NCBI GenBank assembly: GCA_043228905.1
Contig: JBHGNT010000008.1
Coordinates: 10,726,001 to 10,790,000 of the forward strand
Reading direction: 5' to 3'
DNA length: 64,000 nt
Origin: Azolla caroliniana
Lineage: Eukaryota > Plantae > Polypodiophyta
The translations under genes and the position numbers were made by a program. A model generated the notes under the pieces. The model was not told where the DNA came from. It did not search any database and worked only from the letters and a program-made list of their open reading frames with translations. Below are positions 12,901 through 25,700 of the stretch, one piece after another (the stretch's first letter is position 1; every line of letters starts with the position of its first letter).

Positions 12901-13652
12901 CTCCATTGCGTACCGACTCGCCTCATCCGCCACGACCACGGGGCCTTTCTCCCTCCGTGTACAACATCTTGTTGTCAGTGTGCGTGCTCGTCGACGCACC
13001 CGCGTGGTTCTCCTCTACCAGGAGCATCGACTATAAGTCAAAAAAGGACGACGTATTCTCCCGGGTACACACTGTAGTTTGGAACGCCCCGAACTTTGAC
13101 GCCAAACCCCCAAGACAGACCTAGACCATCTCGCTTTCCTTGATGTTAACATCGATGGAAGCTAAGGAGTCGCATATGTCCTTAATCCTCGAGGTATAGT
13201 TAGCCACCGACAAATCGCGTTGTCGTAGGTTGCTCAACTCCTGTCGAAGCTGAAGCTTCCTGGCTGTGGTGCTCGTGGCAAAAATCTTCTTTAGATTTTC
13301 CCATGCACCCTTCGGCATTTTTGCATCCCGAACGTAGCTTAGCAATTGTTCACCCACACAAGATGCGAAGCAGTATAGCACTCTGCTCGCCGATTGTTCC
13401 CACGCCGGGAAGTCTTTGTGTGTTGAATCGGGTGCTGTGTCATTTGCTCCATCGACATAACTCTAGTAACCATGTCCAAGCAGGTACTGGTGCATCTTGT
13501 AGGACCAAGATGCGTAGTTGGTTCTGTTGAGCTTCTCCGTTGGAAGTGAGCTAGCCATTCCTCTATCCATCGTTTTCCTTGTTCTTCTTCGTTGGTTTTT
13601 CCTTCAACCAAAGTCAGTTGCAGAGGTTCTCAACCCTCGCGCTCTGATACCA

Positions 13653-14064
13653 TGAAAAGAATGACGTGCGGAAGCAATATAGGAAAACCGAACAACAGAA
13701 AACACAGGTTTAATGGAAAGCTTAGGTCTTCACAGTACGCACAGAAGAGACAGAGAGAGAGTAACACTAGAACTTAAATTTGAAAAATAATACTCAATCT
13801 GTACATAGGATGTGCTCAGTGAGCACTTTTATACAAGCCCTGATAGTGGGCTGACACAAGTACTGACAGTACTTGACTGATCATAAATGAGCCTCGACAC
13901 TTACTCCCAAAACTATTCCTTACGAGGAATATCTTTCTAACGGCCTTTCGGTCTGCACTGATACGGCCTTTCTATGCACCGGTCTACGTACCGGTTTTAT
14001 GCACCTAGTCTACGCACTGGTTACGCATCGTATTACGCACAAATGTTGAGCTTGTCTCTCAACA
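13653..14064 (-). repeat. 5' LTR of element B
   Basis: 412 bp, directly adjacent to the tRNA-iMet PBS. Confidence 0.97.
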
Positions 14065-14261
14065 ATGTGCATCACCTCCCACACCGTGGCGTCAATCTTA
14101 TCCGGTCTCTTGTCCCCGAACTTAATCGGCAGCCAGAGATCTTTGACCACGAGCATGTCCCTTATCTTGGACTTCCACACTGAGTAGTTGGAGCCGGTGA
14201 GCTTGAACATGCCGCCAAATGAATCTTCCATTTTCTGTGTTGTTTTGCTCTGATACTAGTT

Positions 14262-14829
14262 TGTAGAGAATAATGTGGAATATTCTTCGGCCACAACCGA
14301 GACTTAGATCACTTAATGATAATCAAAGACAGAAGAAATGGGCAATGAAGGTAAATGCACGAACACACATAAGTGACAGAGAGTACACAGTATGTTAACG
14401 TGGAAAACCCTGAATGGGAAAAACCACGGGAGCCTACAGACTCCAAACTATCACTATGTCAAAGAATACAACAAGGGGGCATAGAGGCAGTGAGCTCATA
14501 CTCACACTCTTCGCCTGGCGGCGGTTCCAACAGATTCTTACTTTGTTTCTCTCTCTCTCGCTCTCTGTTACGCTCTGTACAACAGTTACACAAAATATGA
14601 CAACAACAATGATCTACAACCCTAAATTTGTTTGCCCTAGGTCATATTTATACTAATATGACTTTAGGACTATTTACAAGTATAGCCCCAATGGGCTCTC
14701 AGAAACATATTTACCTATATGTCCCTTCATCCGGTGAGAGGTTCTCACCAGGCCTACGTCATCCGGTTCTCACCGGGTCTTCCGTTGCCGGGTACTTGTA
14801 TCCCATCTGGAGGGACCGAAATCCTAATA
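14262..14829 (-). repeat. 5' LTR of element A
   Basis: Homologous to LTRs 33237-33840 and 60131-60800; carries the GTGGAAAACCC...GGGAAAAACCACGG motif; one terminus has decayed CA to TA. Confidence 0.85.
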
Positions 14830-15972
14830 GTACATTCAGATGTATGGGGACCAGCATAGACAGGCACGTTCGGCAGATGCTGATAGTATGTCGTGTTTAT
14901 TGACGACTTCTCCAAGCACATTTGGATTTACCCCATGTGGCAAAATAGCGAAGTGTTTAGACACTTCCAAAAATTCAAAAAGGAAGTCGAAAAGGTAACA
15001 GGTCAGCAAGTTTGATGCCTTCGATCGGATGGGGGCAAGGAGTATTTCTCAGACGAATTTACAGCGTATCTCCAAAAGGAAGGAATTCAACGAGAATTCT
15101 TGTGCCAACACACATGTCAACAAAATGGAGTAGCCGAACGAAAAAATCGGCACATAATAGAGGTGGCACGGGCCATCATGAACAAGAAGAACCCGTTGAA
15201 ATCGTACTCGGCAGAAGCAGCTAGCACAACCATCTATCTCATGAACAGATGTACAACCTTTGGGGTACATGCCGTAACCCCTCATGAGAAGTTTCTCGGA
15301 AAGAAGCCATATCTATCACATATCCAAATATTCGAATCGATTGTGTACGTGCATATTCTTGACGAGAAGTGACAAAAGCTAGACCCGAAGTCGGAGAAAT
15401 GTATCCTCATAGGGTACTCACTCGAACAAAAGGGGTACAAATGTTACAATCCATCCACCCAAAAATTTCAGGTGAGTCGAGACGTTTTCAACGAATCTGC
15501 ATCTTGGTATGAACCAGAGACGACGTCGATTCCGATACCAGTCGATTCGGATTCGGCAGAATGAGAGATAGAAGAGGAAGATCGATTGAGGCACATGTTA
15601 GAAGAAATCTTGATTACGACAAGGCTGAGCGGACCACAAGAACCCCCGAGTCACCAAAGCACATCTCAAACAAGTCTAGGGTTAGATAAAGGAAAGGCCA
15701 AGATACAGGAATATGAAGATCCGATCGACAATGATTCCACTCACTCCCTTGATAGTGAGTTTGAAGGCCTGGACATCCCAATCATCTGGACAAATGGAGC
15801 GAAGAAAGCCCTAGCCTCAGCAAACGAGAAGCTCCCTCGCTCCACCCGAGAGAAAAACACGGTTAGCTGATTTGGCTATGATGAGTATATGGCATACCAT
15901 TATGCCTTTATGATGAAGGTGGTGATTGTTTGAGAACCGGAAACCTTTTCCGAGGCAACCAAGGATCCCGAG
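14830..15972 (+). mobile_element. Copia element C, right part: decayed integrase and pre-RT linker
   Basis: VHSDVWGPA..., QQNGVAERKNRHIIEVARA, MAYHYAFMMKV...EPETF; many stops. Confidence 0.85.
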
Positions 15973-16002
15973 AATGCATCCATGAGGATGTGCATGATAT
16001 GG

Positions 16003-16052
<50 letters not shown>

Positions 16053-16068
16053 TGTATGTATGTATGTA
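16003..16068. repeat. (TA)n(TGTA)n compound microsatellite
   Basis: Directly visible. Confidence 0.97.
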
Positions 16069-16640
16069 GGACCACAAGGGTTTTATGATGTAGTACTTCG
16101 TTCCCTTGAACAACGAATTACTTTGCTGGATAAAGTTCACTTGTTCTTTGATAAACAATTAGTGCATGTTATGCAATGGTCTCCCGCAGTGGACTATCAT
16201 ACTTTATTGAAACAAGAGCCCTTTTTGGGTAATAGTGGATTGTAACATTTCCTTGTTTATGCCTACTTTTACAGGAGTTGATGAGTCAAATGGGTAAAGT
16301 GTTGGTATCTCCATATGCAAATGCTACAAATAAGTGTAGATCTTTTGTATGTTACAGGAATGTAAGTCATAAGAGGCCAGGATGGGTGCTTATGAACACA
16401 CCTTGTATGAAAATACTTTTTTTAAATTTGAAGTGTCTTCACTACAAGGTTTCACTACAAGAGCATGTGATAAAGAGGCTTCACTACAAGGTTTGAACCC
16501 AATGTATAAAGGAACTCAATCTATGAATATGAAAAATCAAAGTTTAGTGCTTATAGATAAGGGGAAAAAACCATTGGATAGGCATAATATTGATGCCGTT
16601 GGTAAAGATAGACATCCTGTAAAGGGCAAGTAGAAGGGGA
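16068..16640 (+). pseudogene. Probable decayed L1-type LINE ORF1 (DUF4283-like) fragment
   Basis: GFYDVVLRSLEQR..LL...FFDKQLVHVMQWSP, then MGKVL, then YENTFF..SLQGFTTRAC, resembling a decayed ORF1 zinc knuckle. Contains stops. Pattern recall only. Confidence 0.45.
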
Positions 16641-16665
16641 AATCAATAAATATGCAGCGTAATAC

Positions 16666-17279
16666 CTGAAGTAGACATTTTCGGCTAGGTGCATTCGATT
16701 GGTGGAGCGTGCAATTTCGTCCATTGATCTCTACTCATCGGCTGACATTGAAGCAAACTTTTCGGAGTGTCGAATGACCTCGACCTGTCTTCGAATAATC
16801 AGTACATCCTGCATCATCTCCTTCCATAGGGCAAAGTTTTTGCTATCAAATTTTCGGATTTCAACTCTTGTACCGGATGTTGATGTCATGATTCTTTTGA
16901 AAGTGAGATTTGCTAACATGGTCTTTTTCCTTTTAGCTCCTTTTTTTTCTATTTGTTGCCGTTGAGTAGCAAGTCGCTCTGATACCAGTTGAAAGATAGA
17001 TGTGCGCGGAAATGTATGTGAGGACCTGTCGTTTATGCTCAAGAAATAACACAGAGGGAACGCAATAAGATATAGACAGATGATAGATACACACAGATGA
17101 AGCTTTAATGGAAGCTCTCTTTATTTCTTTTTTCTCTCTTTCTTAGAGACTCAATGTACAAGATGATCAAGTGATAATCGCTTACAACGTTAGGTTATCA
17201 CTTATATAGTAAGCCCTAACTATATGGACGAGTTCACACTAGGATACAAAGTAGAAGGAGTCGGTCTTTTATGCCAACA
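16666..17279 (-). mobile_element. Copia element E, 5' remnant: LTR 16990-17279, PBS and gag N-terminus
   Basis: TG..CA 290-bp LTR; PBS (GCTCTGATACCA on plus) at 16976-16987; gag EIRKFDSKNFALWKEMMQDVL. Confidence 0.85.
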
Positions 17280-20200
17280 TGATAATTCTAAACTCTTAGA
17301 ACTATGCAGATTGGAAGATAAAGATGGAAGACCTTCTCATAGTTAAAGACCTGTATGAGCCCATCGACCGAGCAGAAATACCCATGGGGGTAGTAATGGA
17401 AACTTCTTAATAGGAAGGTGGTGGACACCATTTGACAGTACATCTATGTAAGTGTCCTTCATCATGTGGTGAACGACACAAAGGCCCACAAGATGTGGTA
17501 GAAGCTGTCAAATCTATATGAGAGGAAGAACGCCCTCAACAAAACATCTTTGATGAGAAACATTGTAAGGCTGAAATACAGGGATGGAGAAAGCATAGTG
17601 GAGCATGTAAGCACATTCATGGAGTATGTGAACCAACTTGTGGCAACCAAGTTTCCCCTTGAGGATGCCTTGCAGGCCATCCTTCTATTGTGTACCCTGC
17701 CGAACAACTGGGAGAATCTGCTGGTAACTCTCAGCACCTCGTGTCAAGAAGAGAACTTGTGTCTAGAAGCTGTGAAGACAAGCATCTTGAACGAGGAGAC
17801 AAGAAGGAAGGACAAGAAAATTGTCCTTGTCAGAGTCAAACTTGACTCAACATACTGGTAGAGGAAGGAACCAACAAAGAAGTCCACAAAGAAGAGACAA
17901 GTCCCCATCCAAGTCCCCAACCAAGTGTAAATTTAGAGGAAAATTGACATGCTTCTATTGTGGGAAACCTAGACACTTCCAAAAGGATTGCTGACACGTC
18001 AAGAAGAACAAAGGTGTCGGTAATGATGTTGAACCCAGGAAGATTCCTGATGAAAAAGGCACATCAGTCGTAGCTACAAGTGTAGAGGAGATCCTGATCA
18101 TTTGTGAACAACAGGCACAAATCTTGCGAGTGAAGAGTGCACCTGGGTAAAGATGGGAGATAATGGTGAGTGCAAGATAGCCGACTCGGGTGCCTCTTTC
18201 CATATAACTCCATCGAGAGAGTGTTTCTTGACTTATACATCTAATGATCATGGCTATGTAAAGACGGGAGATAATGGTGAGTGCAAGATAGCCGACATAG
18301 GAAGTGTAAGCCTAATCGTTAGAGCGATGCTCTAATGTAAGCATATGATAAGGATAAAATATATCAGAAATAAGAAAGGCCAGAGAGAAAGAAGGGTGCC
18401 GATCCACCCAACCACCCCTGAGCGAAGGGATCGAGACAGACTCGAGCCTCGATCGGCGTCCCATACCACCGTCGTGGCGTCGAGTCGTACCTGGTGCTGG
18501 TGCACTCGCTACAAGAGTTGACCCACCACAAGAACAAAGTCTCGACGTAGTCAAAAGATGATGAAATTAGGGTAGCTAGGCCTCATATTTATAGCAAGAC
18601 CCAAGGCCCCCAAACAAGTTCACACTTGGCCTAATGGGTTGTCTCAATCCCGAGGATTAAAAGTAATCCTCCCTTTCTTTACACTCTCATTTAACCCTCA
18701 CACTTATCCATGTGTATAGAATACTACGGTAAATTCTCACCATGGGATATTATATGGTCATGCCCGTAACACTAATGATGTCAATAGGTTGTCAACTGAC
18801 TCTGAAGGAAGTTCAACATGTCCCCGATATCATATTGAATCTGATATCGACTAAAAGGTTGGATGACGAAGGCTACAATGGTAGCTTCTGAAACGACAAG
18901 TGGAAATTCTGACAAGAGCATAGAAAGAGGGCAGATTGTATATGATGCATGCCCGACTGTGCAAGTCGGAAGTGAACGTGGCAGCCGACTCGAGTGGAGA
19001 GTTATGGCATAAGAGGCTAGGACACATGAGTGAGAAGGGAATGCATTTGCTAGCCGACCAAGAATTTCTCCCAAAAGTGAAAGAAGTACACTTGGAGAAC
19101 TGTGTCAACTACTTAGTCGAAAAGCAGAATAGAGCAACATTCCACTCAAGACTACCAAGAAGAAGAGAAGTGCTGACGTGTGTGTGCTATGTGGAATCTC
19201 CATCGCATCAAGGTGGACAGTACTTCGTAACGTTCATTGATGATTACAATCGAAAGTTGTGGGCTTTCGTACTAAAGTCGAAGGATCAAGTATTGTCGTT
19301 CTTCAAGGAGTTTCAGGCAAGGGCAGAACGAGAGTCGGGTCGGAAGTTGAAGGCTATCTAAATCGACAACGGTGGCAAATATAGAGGGCAGTTCGAAGAA
19401 TACTACAAGGCCGAAGGTATTCGAATTGAATACATAGTGCCAAAGACCCCTGAATTGAACGTGATGCAAAGAGGATGAATCGAACAATCATGGAGTGAGT
19501 AAGGAGCATGTTGTTGCATGCCAAGCTGCAAAATTGTATTGGGTTGAGGTGTTGTATACGACCATTTATGTAATCAATAGGTCTCCCTCAATGCCATTGA
19601 AAGGTGATGTCCTAGAATGGGTGTGGACAGGAAAGGATGTCTCCTACTGACACTTGAGGGTGTTCAGATGTTTAGTGTATGTGCATGTGGCTAAGGATCA
19701 TAGGCCGGAGCTCGACAGTAAGTCGACAAGAAGGTAGTGAGGAGTCGGGACGTAGTCTTCTTGGAAGACAAGACAATAGAGGACTGGAAGCAACACAAAT
19801 TAGAAACGATTCCCCAGTCAACTCCCACCGACCTAAGACTAGTCGAACCGACACAGTCGGCTGTTCGGAGACAACTAGTCGGCACAGCCTAATCCGAGTC
19901 GGTCGACTTGGAGCAACTGACCAACACAGATGATTCGGAGTTGGCGGACTTATTGAAGTCAATCGAGGAATACGAGTCGGAGTTGGTAAATCCTCAATGA
20001 CCGATGGCAATGAACGATGGACACACATGAAGCCAAGCCAAGAGAAGAGTCAGTAGAGACATCCGGACTGGAGCCGACAACAAATGGAAGGAGATACCCA
20101 CTCAGAGAAAGGAGAGCACCAACAACATATGGTAGTCAATACATCTCCTTGACCGATGAAGGTGAACCTAGTGCTATGATGAAGCCATTGCTGACGAGCA

Positions 20201-21526
20201 CAAGGAGAAATGGCAAAGTGCGATGCAAGACGAGATGCACTCCTTGCACGAAAACTATACTTACGACTTGGTGGAGCTACCAAAAGGTAAGAGAGCAGTA
20301 AAAAATAAGTGGGTCTATAAGGTAAAGAATGGAGAAGTCGACAATGCACCTAGGTATAAAGCCCGCATTGTGATGAAGGGGTTTCAATAGAAAATAGGTG
20401 TCGACTTTGACGAAATATTCGCACTAATCGTGAAGATGACATCAATTCAAACTGTTCTGAGCATAGTTGACAGTATGGACTTGGAGATCGAACAGTTGGA
20501 TATCAAAACAACATTCTTACATGGGGACCTGGATGAGGAGATCTACATGTAGTACGGTCTGAAACAAGCTCCATGCCAATGGTATAAGAAGTTTGTGTCC
20601 TTCATGCTGGAATATAGGTTCCAGAAAACACGGGCTCATCATTGTGTGTTCGTAAAAAGGTACGATGTTCAAGGTGACTTCTTGATTCTCTTATTGAATG
20701 TGGATGACATCTTGATAGTCAGACAAGACACAAAGAGTATCGTGAGCTTGAAGAAACACTAGGCAAGTTGTTTGCCATGAAAGATCTTGGAGTGGCTTTG
20801 TCAACCATAGAGACAGAGTATATGGCAGTGGTAGAGGTTTGCAAAGAACTGATATAGATGGGAACTTTCTCGGTGAGTTGGGAATGAAGCAAGAGAGATT
20901 CCTACTCCATTGTGATAATCAGAGTTCCATACATCTAGCCAAGAATGCTACATATCACTCCCAAACCAAGCACATACAGAGGTGGTATCACTGGTTGCGG
21001 GAGAAAGTGGATGACGAGGAGTTCACCCTTGTGAAGATCCATACTGACGACAATGGATGCAACATGCTCATGAAGAACCTATCGATGGACAAACTCAGGG
21101 TCTGTCGACAAAGGACAAGACAAACTGATTCCACCCATAGGAGTGAAGGGGGAGTTTGTTAGGAATATGTCCCTTCTATGGGAGGAGCTGACTGGTCGGG
21201 CCGAGAGCCGACACTCGATGTCATGGAGAGTCGACTAGGTGAGTTGATTGAGAGAGAGTCGACAACATACGATCCAAGCCGAAGACAAGGCCTATTAGAT
21301 AGTCGACACTGGAGTCGGCTAGTCGATCAATCGGCTTATTAACAACTATTATTATTAGTATAATAATAGGAATGAGAGTAGTAGAGGCTACATTTGTAAA
21401 TGGCCCATGCCATGTATAAGTATAAATATACTTAGGACAAAGCTTTAGTTGTAACCGTTCTTTGGATTCTCTGTGTATAGTGGAAGATTTGTTCTCCCAT
21501 GGTTTTTCTCGTTTAGGGTTTCCATG
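17280..21526 (+). mobile_element. Decayed copia element F (Tork-like), 5' LTR missing; 3' LTR 21157-21526 cut by element G1
   Basis: Gag NYADWKIKMEDLL, PR ADSGASFH, INT, RT and RH remnants. PPT GTGAAGGGGGAG before TGTTAGG at 21157. Many stops and deletions. Confidence 0.9.
18317..18771. mobile_element. Solo LTR (455 bp) inserted in the protease region of F
   Basis: Flanked by TSD CTAAT at 18312-18316 and 18772-18776; ends (C/T)GTTA...TAACA; F coding sequence rejoins across it. Confidence 0.85.
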
Positions 21527-22762
21527 TGTTGAGAATCAATCTCAACTTGGTCTAGTGTGCGAACTCACCTTGAGAGTGAATAGACACTCCAACGGTCAAG
21601 AGTCACCATTATGTCACCTCTTTGTATTCTAGCATTTAGTATGAGTCATAGAATCATATTCTATGACACATAACTTATGAGCTTTCACATTCCCCATGCT
21701 CCATGAGTCTTGTAGTTAATGAAGAGAGAGGGTGACTATATAAAGCACCCTCCTCCCACCTTGTATTCAATTGAGTCTTTCTCCTTTGTTAATACAATCT
21801 ACCTTGCGTATTCTTTGTGTTATTCCTTGTCTCTCTCTTACACACACACTCTCTCTTATACACACACATAACTCACATCTCTTCCACTTCACAAGAATCA
21901 TATCTGATTCTTTACATGGTATCAGAGCGATTTGGTAGCTCGATATAGCCCATTCACCTCATCATGATCGTGTGTTGTGCTCCACGCCGACGACCAAGAA
22001 CCGGCTCATCGCTATCATAGCTTCGCTACATAGCTCGCATTCGAAGAGAGAAGAAGAAGAAGAAGAATCGACATAATGAATACTCAAATGGGGAGCGCTC
22101 TCCCTACCGAGAAGTTGGATCGAAACAACTTCGCATCTTGGGAGTACAAGATGCACCAATACCTTGTTGGACAAGGCTATTGGAGCTACATCAAAGGAGT
22201 GCATGAAGACCGACCTGCCGAAGCGGCTCCCGGATACGCGACATGGGAGCAAGCCGCAAGCCGCAAGCCGCGTGATGTATTTCTTGGCGACATGTGTTCA
22301 CGATCACATGCTTGGCTACATTTGTGAAGCCAAGACGCCGAAGGAGGCATGGGAAAATCTATGAAAGATTTTCGCGGCGAACATGACCGCGAGGAAGCTT
22401 CAACTCCGCCAAGAGTTGAACAACATTCAACAAAGGGACATGTCCGTCACGACATACACCTTGAAGATCAAGGAGCTTTGCGATTCACTCGGCTCAATAA
22501 GCGTAAATATCGATGATGATGAGATGGTTCAAATATGCCTCGGCGGCCTCGCACCACGGTTTGGCGCGATGTGAACCGCCGTTCTAGCACGGGAGAAATC
22601 TCCCTCCTTCTTTGAGCTCCAATCAATGCTATTGGTCGAAGAAAACCACGTTCGTACAAGGAGCAATGAGTCGGAATGCCACATGCTCTACACGCACTCA
22701 AACGGAGGAAGAGGACGCGGACGGTTGAGAGGCCGATTCGGCCAAGGACAAGGCGGACGAGG
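21527..22762 (+). mobile_element. Copia element G1, 5' part: LTR 21527-21916, PBS 21917-21928, gag from 22076
   Basis: TG..CA LTR, TGGTATCAGAGC, MNTQMGSALPTEKLDRNNFASW. Cut at 22762 by element H. Close relative of G2. Confidence 0.92.
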
Positions 22763-25700
22763 TGTAGGTGATGATGCTATGTAGTGGAGATGAATTGTGT
22801 GTGTGCAAGTGTACGTAAGACAAGTAGAGAGCGAGAGCGAGAGAGCTTAGAACAAGAAGCTATATTAGAGAAAAATAATTTACATCCAACGACTACTAAG
22901 TTACAAAAGGTTGGTTTAAATACCAACTAGTTAAGGGGAATTGCCCTTTCTGCGATTTACAAAACTAGCCTACTATGTACATTGGCTAGTGTGAAACCAT
23001 TTTATTGGGGAAGTTGGGTTCAATTCTCAACACACCCCTTTGAACACAACTTCTGGACGCCGAAAAATTAGTTTGGTCCGGTCTTTGAAATACTTCGATT
23101 CAGCTGAATCGACGTCAACTTTCGAATTACTTCGATTCGGTTGTTCGGCTGGATTAGGCTTTTGGCTCTGTTTCCGGATGGTCAGTTAGGGCGGTTTCGA
23201 CTGCTTGACTGCAATCATCATATTTTGACTCCTTTGGTCAGATTTGATTGTCTGATTGGCTACTGCTATTATTTGGTAGTCCCCCTCAAGCCCGAAAATA
23301 CAAGTATCATGAGACGAAGGTCTGATGTAAATTGTCCGAGCTTGTCGACTCCTAAGGCTTTTGTGAAGATGTCGACAACCTGAAGGTTCATGCTGATGTG
23401 CTATAGGTCAACATCTCCGACCTGAATGCGTTCTCTGATGAAGTGATAGTGTACTTCAATGTGCTTAGTTCGCGTGTGAAACACCGGGTTCTGAGCCAGG
23501 TAGATACTGCTCATGTTGTCATAGTATAGGAGAATCAGATCCTTGATAAGAACAACTAGATCCTTCAATATGTACTTCAGCCAGACAACCTCACATGCAG
23601 AGACTGCCCCACCCCTGTATTTGGCCTCTATGCTCGATAGTGCGACTATCAGTTGCTTCTTTCTAGTCCAGGAGATTGCTCCGCTCCCGAGGTAGAAGAC
23701 GAATCCTGACGCCGATCATCTATCGGCCTTATAGCTGGCCCAATCTGCATCTGTGTACCCTTGAAGCCAAATGATCGTATTTGACTTATACATAATGCAA
23801 TAATCCATTGTCCCATGAATGTACCGAGTTCTCTCTCAGCACAATCAAGATGTGTCTCCTGAGGTTTCTACATGAATTGGCTAAGTAAACCGACCTGATA
23901 GCTGAGGTCGGGTTGGGTGATGGTTAGATAGATTAAGCCACCGATCAGTTGACGATATTGAGTAGGCTCGCAATCTTCTGTTCCCGAATCAGCATCGAGT
24001 TTGAGGTTTCGATCGAGAGGGGTAGACACAGGTTTGAACTTAGTCATCCTGAACGTGTAGAGCAAGTTGAGAATGTAGTGCCGTTGAGAGATCAATATCC
24101 CGATTGGTGTCCGAATTACTTCGATATTGAGGAAGTATGGAGCTCGTGCATATCTTTCATTTCAAATCTACCGGATAGGAGTGATTTGACTTTAGTAATG
24201 TCAGCTAGATTCTTTCCTCCAATGACTAGATCATCCACATACAGGATGATGACAATTGGGTTGTTGTACTCATTTTTTATGTATAGGGAGTTACTCGATT
24301 TTGACATTTGGAAGACGATTTGATGAAGATACTGGGTGATCTTCGAATGCCAAGCACGGTGTGTTTGCTTGAGTCCATATAGCAGCTTCTTGAGTCAGCA
24401 AACCGCTATCGGGTGTTTGCCCAATTAGAAACCGGGTGGTTGAATCATGAAGACCTCCTCTTCTAATTCGTCTTGTAGGAAGGTGTTCTTTACATCCATT
24501 TGGTGGAGGTGCCACCCTTTTGCCGCTACGAGAGCAATGACTAACTGAACATTGGTCAACTTTGCCACTGGGTCAAAGGTCTCCTCATAATCGAGCCCGT
24601 GTGTTTGAGCATATCCCTTAGCTATGAGTCGTGCCTTGTAGCGATTTACCGAACCGTCGGCATTATATTTTACCTTATAGATCCATCTACAATTGATGGG
24701 TTTCTTGTGTGTAGAATGGGGAACGAGATCGCATGTTTCATTTCATCGTTCATGGCTTTGATCCATCGTGCATCATTGGCTGCCTCGGAAAGGGTTTCTG
24801 GTTCCAGGACTGTTGCTACCTTCATCATAAAGGCATAATGATATGCCATATACTAATGGTAGCCGAATTGGTCGATTGGGTTCTTCTCTTGGGTGGAGCG
24901 ACAAAGTTTCTTGTTTGTAGAGACTATGGATTTCTTTGCTCCATTCGTTCAGATGATTAGGATGTCAAGGCCTTTGACATCACTGTCAAGGGAGTGCATT
25001 GACTCGTTGTCGATCAAATCTTCGTATTTTGGCCTTTTGGCCTTCCCTTTGTCTAGCTTTGGACTCGACCGAGATTTGCTTTGGTCACTCGGGGACTCTT
25101 GTGTTCCACTCAGCTTCGTCGTAATCGGACTCTCTTCGAACATGCCCCTTAGTCAATCTTCGTCTTCTATCTACCGTTTAACTAATTTCAGGTCAATTGG
25201 GGTCAGAATCAGAGTTTTCTTTGATTCGTACCAAAATGCGATTTCCCGACTCACTTGAACTTTTCAGGTAGTAGGTTTGTAAAATTTGTACTCATTTTTT
25301 TCGAGTGAGTACCCAATGAGGCTACATTTCTCCAACATTGGATCAAGCTTTTGTCGCTTCTAATTGGGAATATGTACATAGGCTATTGAGCTGAATATCC
25401 GGATGTGGGATAAATCTGGCTTCTTTCTGAAGAACTTCTCATGAGGGGTGATGTCGTGTACCCTAGAGGTTGTACACATGTTGATAAGGTAAACGATTGT
25501 GTTAGCTGCTTCTTCCTAGTACGACTTTGGCAGGTGCTTCTCGTTCATCATTGCCCTTGCCACCTCTTCTATGTGCCCATTCTTTCGTTCGGCTACTCTA
25601 TTTTGCTCAGGTGTGTGTCGGCACGACAATGCTTGTCGAATTCCTTCCTTTCGGAGATACACCTTAAATTCGTCTGAGAAATACTCCTTGCCCCCATCCG

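Larger units (their letters stand above)
8241..14064 (-). mobile_element. Full-length copia element B (5824 bp), gag-pol disrupted
   Basis: TG..CA LTRs at 8241-8654 and 13653-14064. TSD ATGTG at 8236-8240 and 14065-14069. PBS TGGTATCAGAGC at 13641-13652, PPT at 8655-8666. Domain order gag, PR (WYVDSGAS), INT, RT (YVDDL), RH, with stops and frameshifts. Confidence 0.97.
6241..14829 (-). mobile_element. Copia element A (Tork/Tnt1-like), 3'-truncated: 5' LTR, gag, protease, integrase; interrupted by element B
   Basis: Gag MEDSFGGMFKLTGSNYSVWK at 14231 resumes below 8240. WVVDSEVSFH protease, WHKRLCH...CTDC and integrase core present. Degenerate tRNA-Met PBS at about 14247-14259. Frameshifts; no RT or RNase H. 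Confidence 0.9.
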
